A stretch of 64,000 bases of DNA from Tubulanus polymorphus (lineage: Eukaryota; Animalia; Nemertea), in NCBI RefSeq assembly GCF_964204645.1, contig NC_134030.1, positions 7,048,778 through 7,112,777 of the forward strand, in the 5' to 3' direction. Each line of letters starts with the position of its first letter. The stretch's first letter is position 1. Below, piece after piece: positions 39,390-52,515 of this stretch. The notes under the pieces are model-generated. The model made no database searches and had not been told where the DNA came from. It saw only the letters and a list, made by a program, of their open reading frames with translations. Position numbers and translations under genes: made by a program.

Positions 39390-42300
39390 ATGTCCCGAAA
39401 GTATTGCTTGAATAAGAAGAACTGCGAAGAATATCTGATGTTGCCTTGTGAGTGGGATGACTGCGGCGAAATATATTATAAAATGTCCGAATTTTTACAA
39501 CACATGAAAATTCACATCGGGGAAGTTGTAACTAGACGACATCTCGGAGAAGAAGGTAGGGCTACCGCTATGAATAGAGGAAAGATCATGTGAGGTTTTG
39601 ATTGCTGTACCGGTAAGGTCTTCTTGGATGATCCAGGGACCTGTTCTTATAGTCTAGCACCTAGCCATTATTTCTCGATTGGTAGGAATCCATCTTTGTT
39701 TTTGTTTTTTGGCTTTACGTCGCTTGGATCTTGGTTTCCCAAGACTAACCCTATTAGATTATTCTTTAACCTCATGATGGGAACAGCCCTTGAAGTGTTG
39801 CCCGCACGCTGTAAGTAGCCAGCAGGACTCGAACCCACTTGTCACTCAGCACTGATAGTAGATGCAACGGCATCACGCCTTATCTCACTGAGCTACTGAG
39901 GCCGCTTAGATCTGGTATTCAGACCGAGGCTTCTTACAAAATCTGAAATCCTGATCATATCCTTGACCCTTCAGCAAAAACTACCTGATTAAATTGAGAT
40001 ATCCTCAGTGGAGGCTCTTTCCTCTCAAGAAGTTCCTTGCGCCACTAATCACCAGTTTCAAGAAAACAGTAAGAATTTCCTGATTTTCCCTGTGAGGAAA
40101 AATTATTTGGTAAAATCCTGATCCGAAAAACTCTGTTTAAACTGTTCATTTCACGACTGACATTTCAGAAACGTCGAAGTGTTTATGGAGAGAATGTGAG
40201 TACCACTCGGTGAGGACAGTCGATGACATCATTCGGCATATATCGTTCCACGCGTTTCACGTGAAAATCAAATGTCGAGGCGCGAATATGATTCTGAAAG
40301 CTCAGGTGCAGCCGTGTAAAATGGACAATCAATGTCGTAGTTTGATTCCGGAATTACCTGAGCAACTGATATGCGGTTGGACATACTGCGGTGTAAGTTG
40401 TGAATTCAGGGTGGCCACTTTTATTCGACTTTTTCCCTGACTATTCCTTGGCATGTTCGTTGTTTTTCTTGACTCGATCTGAGACATAGAAGATGGAAAC
40501 TGTCCGATTTCATGTCGCATGATCTAGCAATCTCATCAAATTTCCTTGAGTTTTCCCTTATTTTTAGCTTTTTTTTACAAAATTTCTCTGACTATTCCCA
40601 CAAGAGAAATTTCCCTGGCTTTTCCCTGATTTCTAGGTCCACCTTGGCCACCTTGGATTTCGCGATCAATTTGTGTCATTCGTAACAGAGATAAAAAACC
40701 TTCATGACCTTCATTCATCTCGTTTTTTAAGATAACGGAGAACTGTCCAGAAACGTTTTATCGACACGTTGAACTTCATGCCGTTAACTTCACATATGTC
40801 AAGGGTGAACCAGTTAAATGTGAATGGGAAGGTAGGTTGGTCATTACTTGTTATGATATAATGATTTATCAGTTATTACAAACCAAGAGTAGTTCCTCTG
40901 TACTTAACAATTTTTAGTAGAGCACTCTTTTTTAGAAAAAGTATAAAAAATATTTTTTTCCGCTTTTGGGAAAATGTATATCATACAAGGTTTCGAACAT
41001 ATGGATATTTAAGGAAATTCGCGGCTGTTCCTCTTTAATGAAGACAGTGATTTTTGAAGTCTTAGAAAATGAGACTTCTTTTCATTTTGGCATTTATCAA
41101 AATTGTTGTCTGCATGTCGTCACCTAGAACAGTTTATAGAGCAGTTAAGTGTTGTCTGGAGGCTCTACTACACCAAGTATATTCGTCAATTGCCAAAGTT
41201 GAGTTCTTTAAGGTGCATTTGTGAGGAAGACGGCCGAATATGTTTTGTTTACATATTTTCAAGGTTGCGAAGCCATACTGCCGACCAAGTTCAAACTAAA
41301 AGACCATTTAAGGACGCATACGCAGGAGAAGCTAGTCGCTTGTCCAACTTGTGGCGCTTTGTTTTCGAACAAAACGAAATTGTTGGATCATTTCACCAGA
41401 CAGTTAGACAATCTCAGTTAGTATAATGTAACAAACATCATTTTATTGGTTGGAAAGAAACATGTAGATTGTCGGTTTTACTGAATAGAAATTGCAGGCT
41501 CAGTAGTTCATGACAGATGTTTCTCTTTTTGCATGATTTCAGCTGAATGTTTTCAGTGCTCGTACTGCGATAAAAAGTTCCCGGCTTATCGGTTATTACG
41601 AGATCATCTTCGCCATCACGGTGAGTTAATGTCAGTCATCGTAGCTGCCATGGCAGACGTTTTTAGATAAATTGTATCACTTCTAAAAATTGTTCCGATG
41701 AATATGCTGGCCCCTACAACCGGTGTTAAAATCATATTATGTTATATCATTATTTAACATCAAAAAAGGCTTTAGGCCTATATACAGACTTTGTAATTTT
41801 GATTTTACGAGTAATGACGTAACCAGCGCGAATTTTAGATTAACTTCTTTATGCTGCAACATACCTCTGTAGGTCATCAAAGGAAAATTGAACAAATTGT
41901 TGAAAAAATATCAATGATGTAACATTATGTTTATATTTCAGTTAATCAGTTCAAATGTCCCTACTGCGACATGACATGTCCAAATCAGTCGACTGTTCAA
42001 CATCACATTCAATATCGCCATAGTAACAATCGGCCGTATATTTGTGAAACTTGCCAAAAAACGTGAGTATTTGATATTCTATTCTCTAGCTTCACCAATC
42101 TGAAAACCAGCTAAACTTGCGCAGATTGGGATTATTTAGGAATGTTTAATTCATCCTGTTTATGATGAATTCTAATCAAACGGCATAATTTTCCACACAT
42201 CTTAATATTCAGGGGTCTAATGTACTGCTATCTATCCAGGTTCAAAGCTGTAGGCGACTTGAAAAGACATTGCGAAACACACAATAAAGATCCGGCCTTC

Positions 42301-44273
42301 GAGTGCCACGTAGAAGGCTGCGAGTTCGTCGCTAAGACATACAGTGCAATGGCAAAACATTTCGTAAAACATCAGGTACAGCATTGAGGGTTCGTTTCGA
42401 AGATGTATGGGAGAGACCTGAACTTTACGATACCATTACTCAGAAAATTGTATTTCAGACTTCTGAAAACGCGCGTTATTTGTGTCATGTTTGCGACATG
42501 GTTTTTAAAGAAGGACACATGTTGACGAAACACCTGAAAGCGAAACACAATTTCAAATGGCCGTCTGGACATAAACGATTCAGGTAGCTAGGAAATCACT
42601 ATAATAAACAAGCTTGATAGTACGCTGAAAATCTTGAAGACCGTTAACCATATTCCAAATTTTCTCTTGATAAACCTGCCTTAGAAGAATCACCTCTTAA
42701 AGTCTTAACTGACTCGGTAATGTGTTCATAACTGATAGATGAAGCTATATCAAAAGCTGTACTCCTGTTATTGTGAGATAATTTTTTGTGACAGGTATAA
42801 ATTACATGAAGATGGATACTCACGTCTTCAACTGGTTCGATACGAGAGTATCATTTTAACGCCGACAGCTGATAAAACAGGTCAACAACAACAGCAACAA
42901 CAACAACAACAACAACATGTATCAATGGCTAAACAGGTAAACTGTGAAAGACTAGATGTTAACATGTTTATTGCCTCAATATCTCGTACTGTATTTCTGC
43001 TACCTTTTGCCTCCTTGGTTTATCTCGTTCCTAGTTGATCCTTCTTGTTAAGTGTTCGATCATATTTCAACACTAGCAATTCGATTGGCCCGGTTCCCTT
43101 ATCCTCATTGGCTTCGATTGGCACGGTTCCCTAATCCTCATTGGCTGTCGACATAAACAAATTTAGATATATCCTCCTCAATGCTAATTGGTCAATAATG
43201 TAGAATGGCGCGTGTGTGTAATGTGTATTAGCTCCACTGTCGCTGGATGATCTGCTTCATGGATTAAAATTCTACTTCATTAAACGACGTTATGATTTTA
43301 TAGGTCGACACTGAAAAGAATGCAGCTTTACCGGACAATGAGCAGCAACTACTGCAGCAGCAGCAGCAGACAGGTGCTGGTGATCTGTCTTATAATCTCG
43401 AAATGTTAGGAGACGTTGCACTTTCATGCAATATAAAACCTCCGCAGTACACGACCACTGCCGAACAATATCAACCGATGACACTACCTATGCAAATAGT
43501 TACTCCTTTACCTGAAAACCAGTTCGACAATACGAATTGCGCGGAATATGGAAGCGAAACAATCCACCGGCAAAACGTCGATCCTTTCCCGTGCAAGAAA
43601 GTTCGAATATTCGGCAACGAAATCATATTTCCAGTTCCGCACGAACAATCGATGGGCGATGATTACTGTCGCTCAACCAGCGTTGGTGATAATTACAGTC
43701 CGATTGCCGTCGAATCGACTCAAAATCGGCCGAACGACATTCCGCAAGTTACGAGTCAGGCAGACGATGAAACGATTCATCGCGAGACCGCTGCGTCGAC
43801 GAATAAGTCTAAGAAACGCAAACGAAAATCGATACTCGATTCCAATCTAGCAATTTCGCACAAATCAGAACTGCAAACGGTCGACGATTACATCGTAAAC
43901 TCTGGAATGTTATCTACGACTGAAACTCAGTTAACGCCTCGAACGAACGCGGTGGTATTTGCTCCAAAAACTAAAGAAGGTGTCGGTTCAATCTCTATCC
44001 TCTATCGAGGCCGCTTCGCCTCGAAAATCGCGTCGGAAAGCGTTATCTCCTCAGAAATGCGTCCGCGTCACGAACAGCGCCACGTTGGCGCCGCAGTCGG
44101 ATTCAGATTCGTCGTCGGCCGTCGTTGAAGATTTCCTGACGAAATTCAACGACGAGTTGGACTCGACGACGACGTCGCGGAAACGAGATATAGAAACGAT
44201 TCTAAATCCGCAGCATCCGTCTCCTGAGAAGGGCAAAGACTTTTTTACGATGGGCTCACTGGAGTTTTACTAA
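39390..44273 (+). CDS. HINFP: Histone H4 transcription factor (HINFP/MIZF) C2H2 zinc-finger protein with polyQ and a long low-complexity tail; last exon has a probable 1-nt frameshift
   Basis: HINFP-typical motifs LPCEWDDC, RHISFHAFHVKIKCRG, RSLIPELPEQLICGW, KLKDHLRTHTQEKLVACPTCGALFSNKTKLLDH and [31 protein letters not shown] are spread over ~10 exons. The stop is at 44128 as assembled, or 44273 if one T at 43958-43960 is removed. Confidence 0.92.
39711..39907 (-). mobile_element. tRNA-derived SINE, copy 2
   Basis: The minus strand has A-box TAGCTCAGTGAG, B-box GGTTCGAGTCC and a 3' end gacgtaaagcc followed by an A-rich tail. It is homologous to 6226-6420. Confidence 0.85.
40407..40655. mobile_element. 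Non-autonomous DNA transposon remnant in a HINFP intron
   Basis: Terminal inverted repeats cagggtggcca / tggccaccttg with internal ttccctga repeats; no clear target-site duplication. Confidence 0.55.
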
Positions 44274-45544
44274 ACGAGTGTTCAGTTGTCGTTTAATCGG
44301 TGTTTTGAAAACATTCCTTAATTATTTCGTTCTTAGGTTTAGTTTTTCATCATTTGTTGAAAATGTTACAATAATTCAACGTTAATTGTTAATCAACTGT
44401 ATCATATGTTGATCGTGTAATTTACAAAATTATGAAGCATTTAGATGGAATCAGTAATTTCTGCTATTCTGGACTATTGTTTTACAGTATTTGCATGTGC
44501 TTTGACTTTTAATAAATTTTGTTCAGATTTTTATTGCATGTCTTTTCGGTTGCGATCTTTCCACGAAAGGACCTGTCTTGAAACCCGCCATGCATTTAAA
44601 AACCTTTTTAAAGGCTTTCACTCACTGTACCCATCTCAATTCAAAGGCTTTTACTGGACTTGTGACTCACTGACTGCTATGAACTCGACTACTACACTTG
44701 AACTCCTAAGCATCAACAAGCGCATTGAAAATTTCCTTAGTTGAAGTTGGAAGAAAAGTGAAATAATTCAACTCGAAAATTGTTATACAATTAGCAATTA
44801 CTGGTTTATTTATAATCATAATTTAATTTGTATTTATAGTACAACAAATGCTAGACCTGTGTCGAAATAAATCCCACTTTTACAGTATCTACTTGGCACA
44901 GACAAATCTGGGAAAGTATAAATTCTGAATTTTATTCAGATTCTCCCACTCCCAATGACGACAAAGATATTTTTGAGCGTATTACATACGAAACTTAAAA
45001 TATTCACTGTATACACTGCACAATCTTACAGCTTAACTCTGATTTGTTGGAGCCAGAGTTATTATATGATTTTCGTTTAGCACGAAACCGGTACAAACAA
45101 TGAGGTATATTTTTGATTGTCCAGATTTCATGTGTTCGCTGACCTGGGCACCTGATATCGTTAATTGCAGTAGTTTGCGCCAAAATTGAGAGTAATTTGA
45201 GATCAAAAATAGTAGTTTAGTTGAAAATGAACAAGAAATTACTCTTAATTTGAGTGTGTTGATATTCTTAGGAGTAGTTGAGCTCGACACGGCCCTTTAA
45301 TAGCAGTCCCACCCAGGTCTGTGTTCGCGACATTCTAATTTGAAAACGAAATAAAAGTTATTATATATCAGCCATTAGATGTCCACAAACTACACAAAGC
45401 GCATCATGCAGACGTCACACGACAATGGTGAAAGTCTGTAGGAGGTGGATCGATGTTACATATCCTATGCAGTAATAGAAATCGGAATATTGGCAGAGTT
45501 CAAAGAAAACTTGCTGTTTCTAACAACATTGAGTGTCTCGATGA

Positions 45545-48500
45545 TTAACTGATCATCTCCTGGACTAGAGCCGTCATTTTTATCGAGCCGGATAAACTCA
45601 ACGACAAAAATTTTTCCATCGCCTTCGTGCTGACCGAACGCAGCGCCGGTAATCGTAGCAGCAGTTTGCCGTAGTGCCGAGCGTCGTTCGGATACGTGAG
45701 CGCCGTGTATGCCCGTAGACTGTTCAGGAATCGATTCTGTAAATTCGTCACTTTACTTTTCTCTTTAATGCCAGACGCATCTGAAAAACGCGAGTTCGGG
45801 CATATTATATGCCTTTAAAACGCCGAAAGGATCTCGAAACAAATCTTCAACGGTCGTGGTAAAATACTGAGCGGACAATTAATAGAATGGGCTAACTTAT
45901 CTAGTAGTATTGACAAATTCTACAATATCAAATACTGCAGGGGTTTGTGACATGCTCATTTTCTCACAGCGTACAGAGTGGTTCAGACCAATTTATGAGG
46001 ATTTTTTACAGGAACAAATTGGCCTTTGGTGAATATTGGTGCAGCCAATAAGAGTAATATTTTTGTAAGAGTTTTCCTTACCCGGGTAAGTTAAGACGAG
46101 CACATTCAGTAAGTTAAACTCTGTCGTATCCATGTAGACGTCTTTCATACGACTGACGAACTCGAGTGTAGCGTTGATCAAATCTTTACCCCAACCGACA
46201 TCGACGCCGTCCCTCGGTGAGAGAATAACGTTCGTACTGAAGCGTACGCGACCTGGAGTCTCCAGCGACCTGGAAATGGAAATATCAGTGAATAAATTGT
46301 GCTTCATATACAACAGAAGATGAGACTTGTCCCCAAAGTTTTTTTTTAGAAACTGATTAATCCTAAATAAAACTTCATTAGTGTGAAGTATGAACTCTTA
46401 CCTGAACGCCAGTCGAAGCACATTTAATTCCATGAAAGAACTTTTCAATAAAGCCATTTGATCTTCTAAACTAAGGTCGAGGAATCCTGTAAAAAGCAAC
46501 TACCAGGGTGTTAAAATAAACCAAGAATTAGAAAATATGACAGAAATATTTTGCGATGCCTGATTAAGAAATGAAAATACTGTCAAAATCCCTTAATTTC
46601 GAAAAATTTTACTCGAGATTTAGTTCTAATTTGGACATTATTAACATCATATTTCATATACGTGTATATAAAATGCATGTAAAACATTCTATTTAATCTG
46701 GATTGCTCATAAAATGGATCGATTTCATTCATCCAAATTGACCTGAATTCAGAGGGTTCTAGTATATGAACAAATACATTAGTACCGAGTTAGAAAATAT
46801 ATGGATAATCCATCAACCCTACCAGGGATTTGTACCCGATGGCATTGTGACTTTGCGCTGTATGATGAAAATTGTTCATTAGTACCTGGTACTTTCTTGG
46901 CCCACATTATAATGAGCTTCAACTCGGCGTATCCGTACTGCATTAGTTCACTGAGAGTGTTCGCAGATCCATCCTCGTTCCCTTCGAAAAGCTTATCTAT
47001 AAAAACGAACCCAAATACAATACAATTTCACATTACGCAAATGATGCAAATACATGTTAGACCTGTGGGCAATGAAGAGGAAGCCAATGGGCTGCTGAAT
47101 TACAGATTAGATTAGGTTCCCTACAACATTCAGATCACGTCAAGAAGTAGAAAATCAGGAATAGATCTGAGGATCCAAATACAGAGATCTCTATCAATAT
47201 CATTTGAAAATTTAAAACAAACTTATGTAGGTTATTCGGACTGGCTACAGTACAGAAGAACCCGCTTAATTCAGGTCATCCTGGACCAGTTTAAATTCTC
47301 CGGTTTATGGAGAAATCTGAATTAAATAACATATCATATTTTGAATTCATGAACAGATGGACCATGAATGGATTATGGTAGATCAAAAACTGGGTGAAAC
47401 TGGTCTAAATTTAGTGGGTTCGACTGTAATAGTATTGTAAATCATAACACAGATATGAATTGAATATAACTTACTATCAATGGTAGGTATAGATTCGGCT
47501 TTAGCGTTGATAATGCTGTTTATAAGCGCGCTATCCAGCGGCTCTGGGTCGACAAGCAGAGACGACATATCCTCATCATAACGACTCCGCTTTACACGAT
47601 GTTTCCCACCTGGAGTTCGATCCTCACGTACAGCTGAAAATCATCTGCATATATTGAGCAGGTGTTGGTTCTGTAACTGTTCATACACATTGTTTAATAC
47701 TATGTACGAAGTACTCTTAGCTTTGAATTAATGTTATTTGATACCCAGTACTCAGAACCCAGGACTCGAGATCAATATTACAGATGTAATATCAACTTTT
47801 AGCGACTTAACGCATTCGCGAACGTTATACGCTACTCAGTTTAGGGGTGCAGCTAGTAGTGTAACTGGTCCAGAATTTGTTGAAATATCAAAAGTTGGTT
47901 AAAAAGTTATGGTAGTACATAAGTAAGATAGTACTTCCATTTATAGTAGTTTTCACCACACAAATTAAGAAGAGCAATTTGACTTCAAGAAATGGAAGTT
48001 ATTCAATTGAAAATGAAAACTGAAAATGTTTTCATTTTCAAAATAAATTAAGAAGAGCAATTTGACTTCAAGAATTATAAGTTATTTAATTGAAAATGAT
48101 ATCTGAACTTATTTTTCATTTTTAAAATATTTTGAAGTAAATGACTTCACAGTGGTAGTCATCACTATGATCCAATCGAATTCATTTATTTTCAACTTCA
48201 GACTCAAGCCAAAATCTTAGAAAAACTAAAAAAAACTTTCAATGATGGCTATACTTATCATGAAGCGTTAAGAATGACCGCCTTTTTCTTGACATACCTT
48301 CTCTTGGCTTCCTTAGACAATTGACTGTCTGATAAACGACAATATGATGAAAATACTTTGAATGAGAATTTTTTACTTCATACCTTCTCTTTTCATGCCG
48401 ACATCACAACACTTCTGGAATCGGCAATACTGACAATTGTTTCGCGTGTACTTGTCGACGATGCAGTTCTGTTTCTCCTTGCAGGCGTAGTTCAAATTCT

Positions 48501-48972
48501 TCTGCACTGTACGTTTAAAAAATCCCTTACAACCTTCGCACGAGAACACGCCGTAATGAAACCCGGAGCCACGGTCGCAACAAACGAGACAAACTCCGAC
48601 GACCCCGTCGCCGCCGCCTCCCGACGCGCCGAACAACGACTGTCGATTGCTCGGTATTTCATCGGTCGCGATCGCCGCCGCGTTGCGACCTTCCATTATT
48701 TGCAGAGGGCGCTGCTCGAGCAGATCGGAACCGTCGCTCGCGGCGCGGTGACGATGGTGATGATCGACGAGGCCGTCCGCGACGGAGGTGTAAACATCGG
48801 GATGCGCGGACGCTTCGACGACTAGTTCGACGGACGACGTGTCTAACGACGTGGTCGAGGTAACGCCCTCATCCCCGACCGCGTGGTGGTGACCGATGTC
48901 GTAATCGGGGTGTAGTAAACGATCGTCTCCTCGAGGAATGCTGTCATTAGAATCGCTCGGTTCTCTATTCAT
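45545..48972 (-). CDS. Orphan nuclear receptor, probably NR7 (also called NR8) subfamily, ~455 aa
   Basis: Exons 48972-48384, 47633-47475, 46996-46886, 46486-46402, 46269-46082 and 45780-45545 sum to 1368 nt in frame. The C4 zinc fingers have P-box CEGCKG and the extension [13 protein letters not shown]. The LBD has [36 protein letters not shown] and an AF-2-like LVQEMI. The nuclear-receptor call is secure; the subfamily is from recall. Confidence 0.9.
47961..48130. repeat. Two-copy ~84-bp tandem duplication in a nuclear receptor intron
   Basis: aaattaagaagagcaatttgacttcaagaa occurs at ~47962 and ~48045, followed by similar sequence. Confidence 0.8.
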
Positions 48973-50681
48973 AGTAAATACCTAGAAACGGAATGAAATA
49001 TAAATGATCGATAGCCTAGAAGTCTACTAGTATCTTGTTGTTCTCCACAACGTTAGACGATCTTTTCAATCCTAACCCTAACCCTCTGGGCCCTATAGAC
49101 CCTAAATCTGATTGAAAAAGCCGCCATTTCGCTTTTAAAGTGTGAGCATGTGCAATCGGGTACATACATAGTCAGTAACCTGTCTGTGGTTTAGTTTCAC
49201 AATCGGATATTTTCACAAACCACAGTCAGGAATGGGAAGGTCATTTTTGTATGAAATCTTCGTCAGCCAATTTGACTGACGAGTAATTTGCCTGGCATTT
49301 CATTGTCTCTTAAGATATCCGTCTATTTTTTGTTGTAATCGACGCACAACAGATTCGTAGTTTGTCTGATACCTATAACACCTCACCTGACGATCTTAAT
49401 CCATGTGCAAATTGGCCGTAAAGTGAGAGTAAATTTCCGTCGGGTCAACAGCTGCCATTTTGAAAATTACTGGAGGTGCTGGCACCTGTGGACTGAGGCG
49501 AGGACAACAGCACAAACTAACGAAGCGAAACGACGAAATTGAAAAAAATTAAGAAATCACCACTTATTCACATTTTTCTTTTACCAGAATTTATTATTTC
49601 ATTATTTATTATGGAAAACACGAAGATTTGAAATATAAGTTGGAAAACCATCAAAAATAAAAATTGTCGTTTCGTCTTGGAAGTTTTATATAAATCCTTG
49701 TAGGTCCCCTTGTCTTATCATGCCACATGTGCAATACAGAGAAATGGTGGCCAATGGCGAAATTGGTGGAGAAATTAATTAATTTCTCAAAATAATGTTG
49801 ATTAACCACTCGAAACATACATAAAATTGAATTATTTCGAAAGGTACCTGTGTTAGTTTGTGAATTAAGCCATTAATTGTGGACTGAAGTGAATAGAAAG
49901 TATATTTTTGAAGTGTTACTTTTTTCAACCGTGTTTTGGTCCTTGTCATCCCTAACGTTGGTATAAGCCCATCCGATTATAAAAAAGCTTACCACCAACG
50001 ATTAGGTAACTAACTAGTACATACATTGGTATCGCAAATTGAAAAAGATTGGATACCCACCACAACAGGTTTATGAGGGACCTTACTACCACTGTCTCTC
50101 TATAGATTCTGACCCTCTTTTGCTGCAATGCTTGTATCACTATCAGCAGGTATCGTAGGAATTACAAACCATTACATACAACAACCTGACACTGTCACAC
50201 ACTGACAGTGAAAACAGTCAACGACAACAGGCTCAGTAGCTAGGCCTATTCAAAATTATTGACTGGACTATTGGGAAACCCGACTTCCTTAAGGCCTTAA
50301 CAAAGTTGAAATAGACACACTAATGTCAGAATGATTACTTCAATGGACTACTTACCTTTCAAATCTTGACGTTTACATCAAAAAGAGAATTGTAGCTTAC
50401 TCTTTTCTAATCGATCGTAAATCAAATCAATTCAATTCAATATACTTGATTAAGGTACGGAATGCGAAACGGAATTGAACTGAATCCAGATGGTGGGTGG
50501 CTCCAATTAAGTTCAAGCCTCAAATATCTACAAGTTGGTTCAAGTTCGAAACATTGTATTAGTTACACAAATAGCTATAGTTTCTATTTCACAGCATACA
50601 TCAGTCATGCAACCAGAATCACAATATGCCATGGTACATTGTGAATGATGCATTTCTAAAGAGTTGAAGAGGCCGGAACGT

Positions 50682-51530
50682 CAAATTCAAATTCAAATAT
50701 TTATTCAGTATAAACAATTGCACTGTTTGTGACTGACATTTATACATACATACATGTTACAGAGTGAGAAATAAAAAAATAATAGAAATCATTAACATCT
50801 TATAAACAAGCACTGATATAAAAACAGATATACATGTAATACGATAGACTATATGCATGGCTCGAAAGTTTCAACAAAAAAATACTATATCGGCAGTTAT
50901 GTTTAGATGATACATATATACACATATTAATATAGATTTAACAGAAAAAGATAGCTATGGCAACTTTAAACAATGGACCTTACAGCAGGGACATACAGAC
51001 TGGTAAATTTTAGTAGTTTTTGGATGTTCGGGTTATTATTTGAATTGAAAATTTCCGTCAAAGTTTGTGTATCAAGACTTTCAAGTCAGTATGTCTTTCT
51101 ATATTCATCAAATTTAGTGCAGTTGAATAGGAAATGTTCCTCATCCTCTATAGCGTTACATACTATACACAGACGGTTTTCAGTAGTTATTGATAGGTGC
51201 CGCCCTTTTTCAATCATGAGGTTATGAGAACTAGTCCTTAACTTAGCCATTGCTGACTTTTGGTAAAAATCATTAGAGATGTAGAGATATTTTTCTAGTT
51301 TAAAGTCAGTCTTATATTTGTTATAAAATTGGTATCTACTATGTTTTGGATCTGATATTTCATTTTTCCAATAATTTCTGAAGTCAGCCTGTAAAGATAG
51401 TTTAATTGATTTGGTAGCTTTTACAATATTCTGGGACCCATTATTGTGCCATAGTTCAGAGTATCCAAAGTAATTAAGTATTGCATGAATAGCAGATATT
51501 GAGTTTATGAAATTTTTATCTTTATACATT
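50682..51530 (-). mobile_element. 5'-truncated non-LTR retrotransposon (LINE ORF2 C-terminus)
   Basis: ORF 51086-51529 contains KLRTSSHNLMIEKGRH...RLCIVCNAIEDEEHFLFNC (C-terminal CCHC-type knuckle). The minus strand ends in AATAAA plus a (TTTGAA)n tail at ~50682-50705. Confidence 0.85.
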
Positions 51531-52515
51531 CATAACGTCGGCGAGCGTAATCAGCGGGCTTATATTTGTTCCAAGGAATGTTGAAAACGCGCGAGCGCAC
51601 CGTTTGAAATTTCATACCTGGAAATACGCTCTAGACGTTTCCGACCTCTATTTTCAATTCAGTGAAATCAAAATCGCACCGCTAGAACAAAAAGTATTTT
51701 TATCAATACATTGCAACAACTTCACCGAATCCTGCCGCAAGCAGCGAATCTAACCGAATGTTTTGTCGCATGTTGATGACTTGGTCAATGAACATACATG
51801 TAATCGAACAATTCGCGTATTCTTATATATGATGTTCAAGTTTTTTTTGGTAATATTTTATGAAATAGAACTTAATTCGCTCTGAAATGAAAGAAGGAAT
51901 AAAAAACCAATGACCAACCTTCACTCCCTAATAGACAATTAATGAATCATTTGATATACGCAGGGTGACCCTACCCATCGTTGGACCCTGAATCATCGCA
52001 AAAGCACCTTCATGCTGCTGAATAAGAGCATTGTAAATTCTACTTCTCGATTACTTAGAAATCGACCAGAACAACAGGCCAACTACTTATTTATTCATTA
52101 CACTAGCCCGTCCTCTGTATATACACGCTCTTCGCAGACCGTCCGGTTTTGATAACGACATTAAGATATACAGATAAATCGAGCGCTGGTATGCATAATA
52201 TATATGTATATATACTTGTACATAATAACATGGCGGGGTCCCCGAAGACGTGCAGTAAACAAACGACATCGACAACGTCCTAGCAACAGCATAAACTTTA
52301 AACTAAAGACTGTGGCAGTGTTTATTATACCAACCGAGCGGTGGGATATAATTTCTGTTTAATCAAATATTGCGTGACAAATTCTCGTTCAAACCAGTCC
52401 AGGCATCTGTTGGTTCATTAGATTGATTTTCAACTAGTGGATTTTTGTAGACTGTCGCGTCGAGTGCGTTTGTCGGAGGTATTTTTGGTGCTTTTCCCAT
52501 TGACGTTAACGAAAA

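Noticed and set aside
48358-48825. 155-aa plus-strand ORF
   Set aside because: Antisense shadow of the GC-rich nuclear receptor exon.
49071-49085. Telomere-like (CCCTAA) repeat
   Set aside because: Only about 2.5 units; expected by chance.
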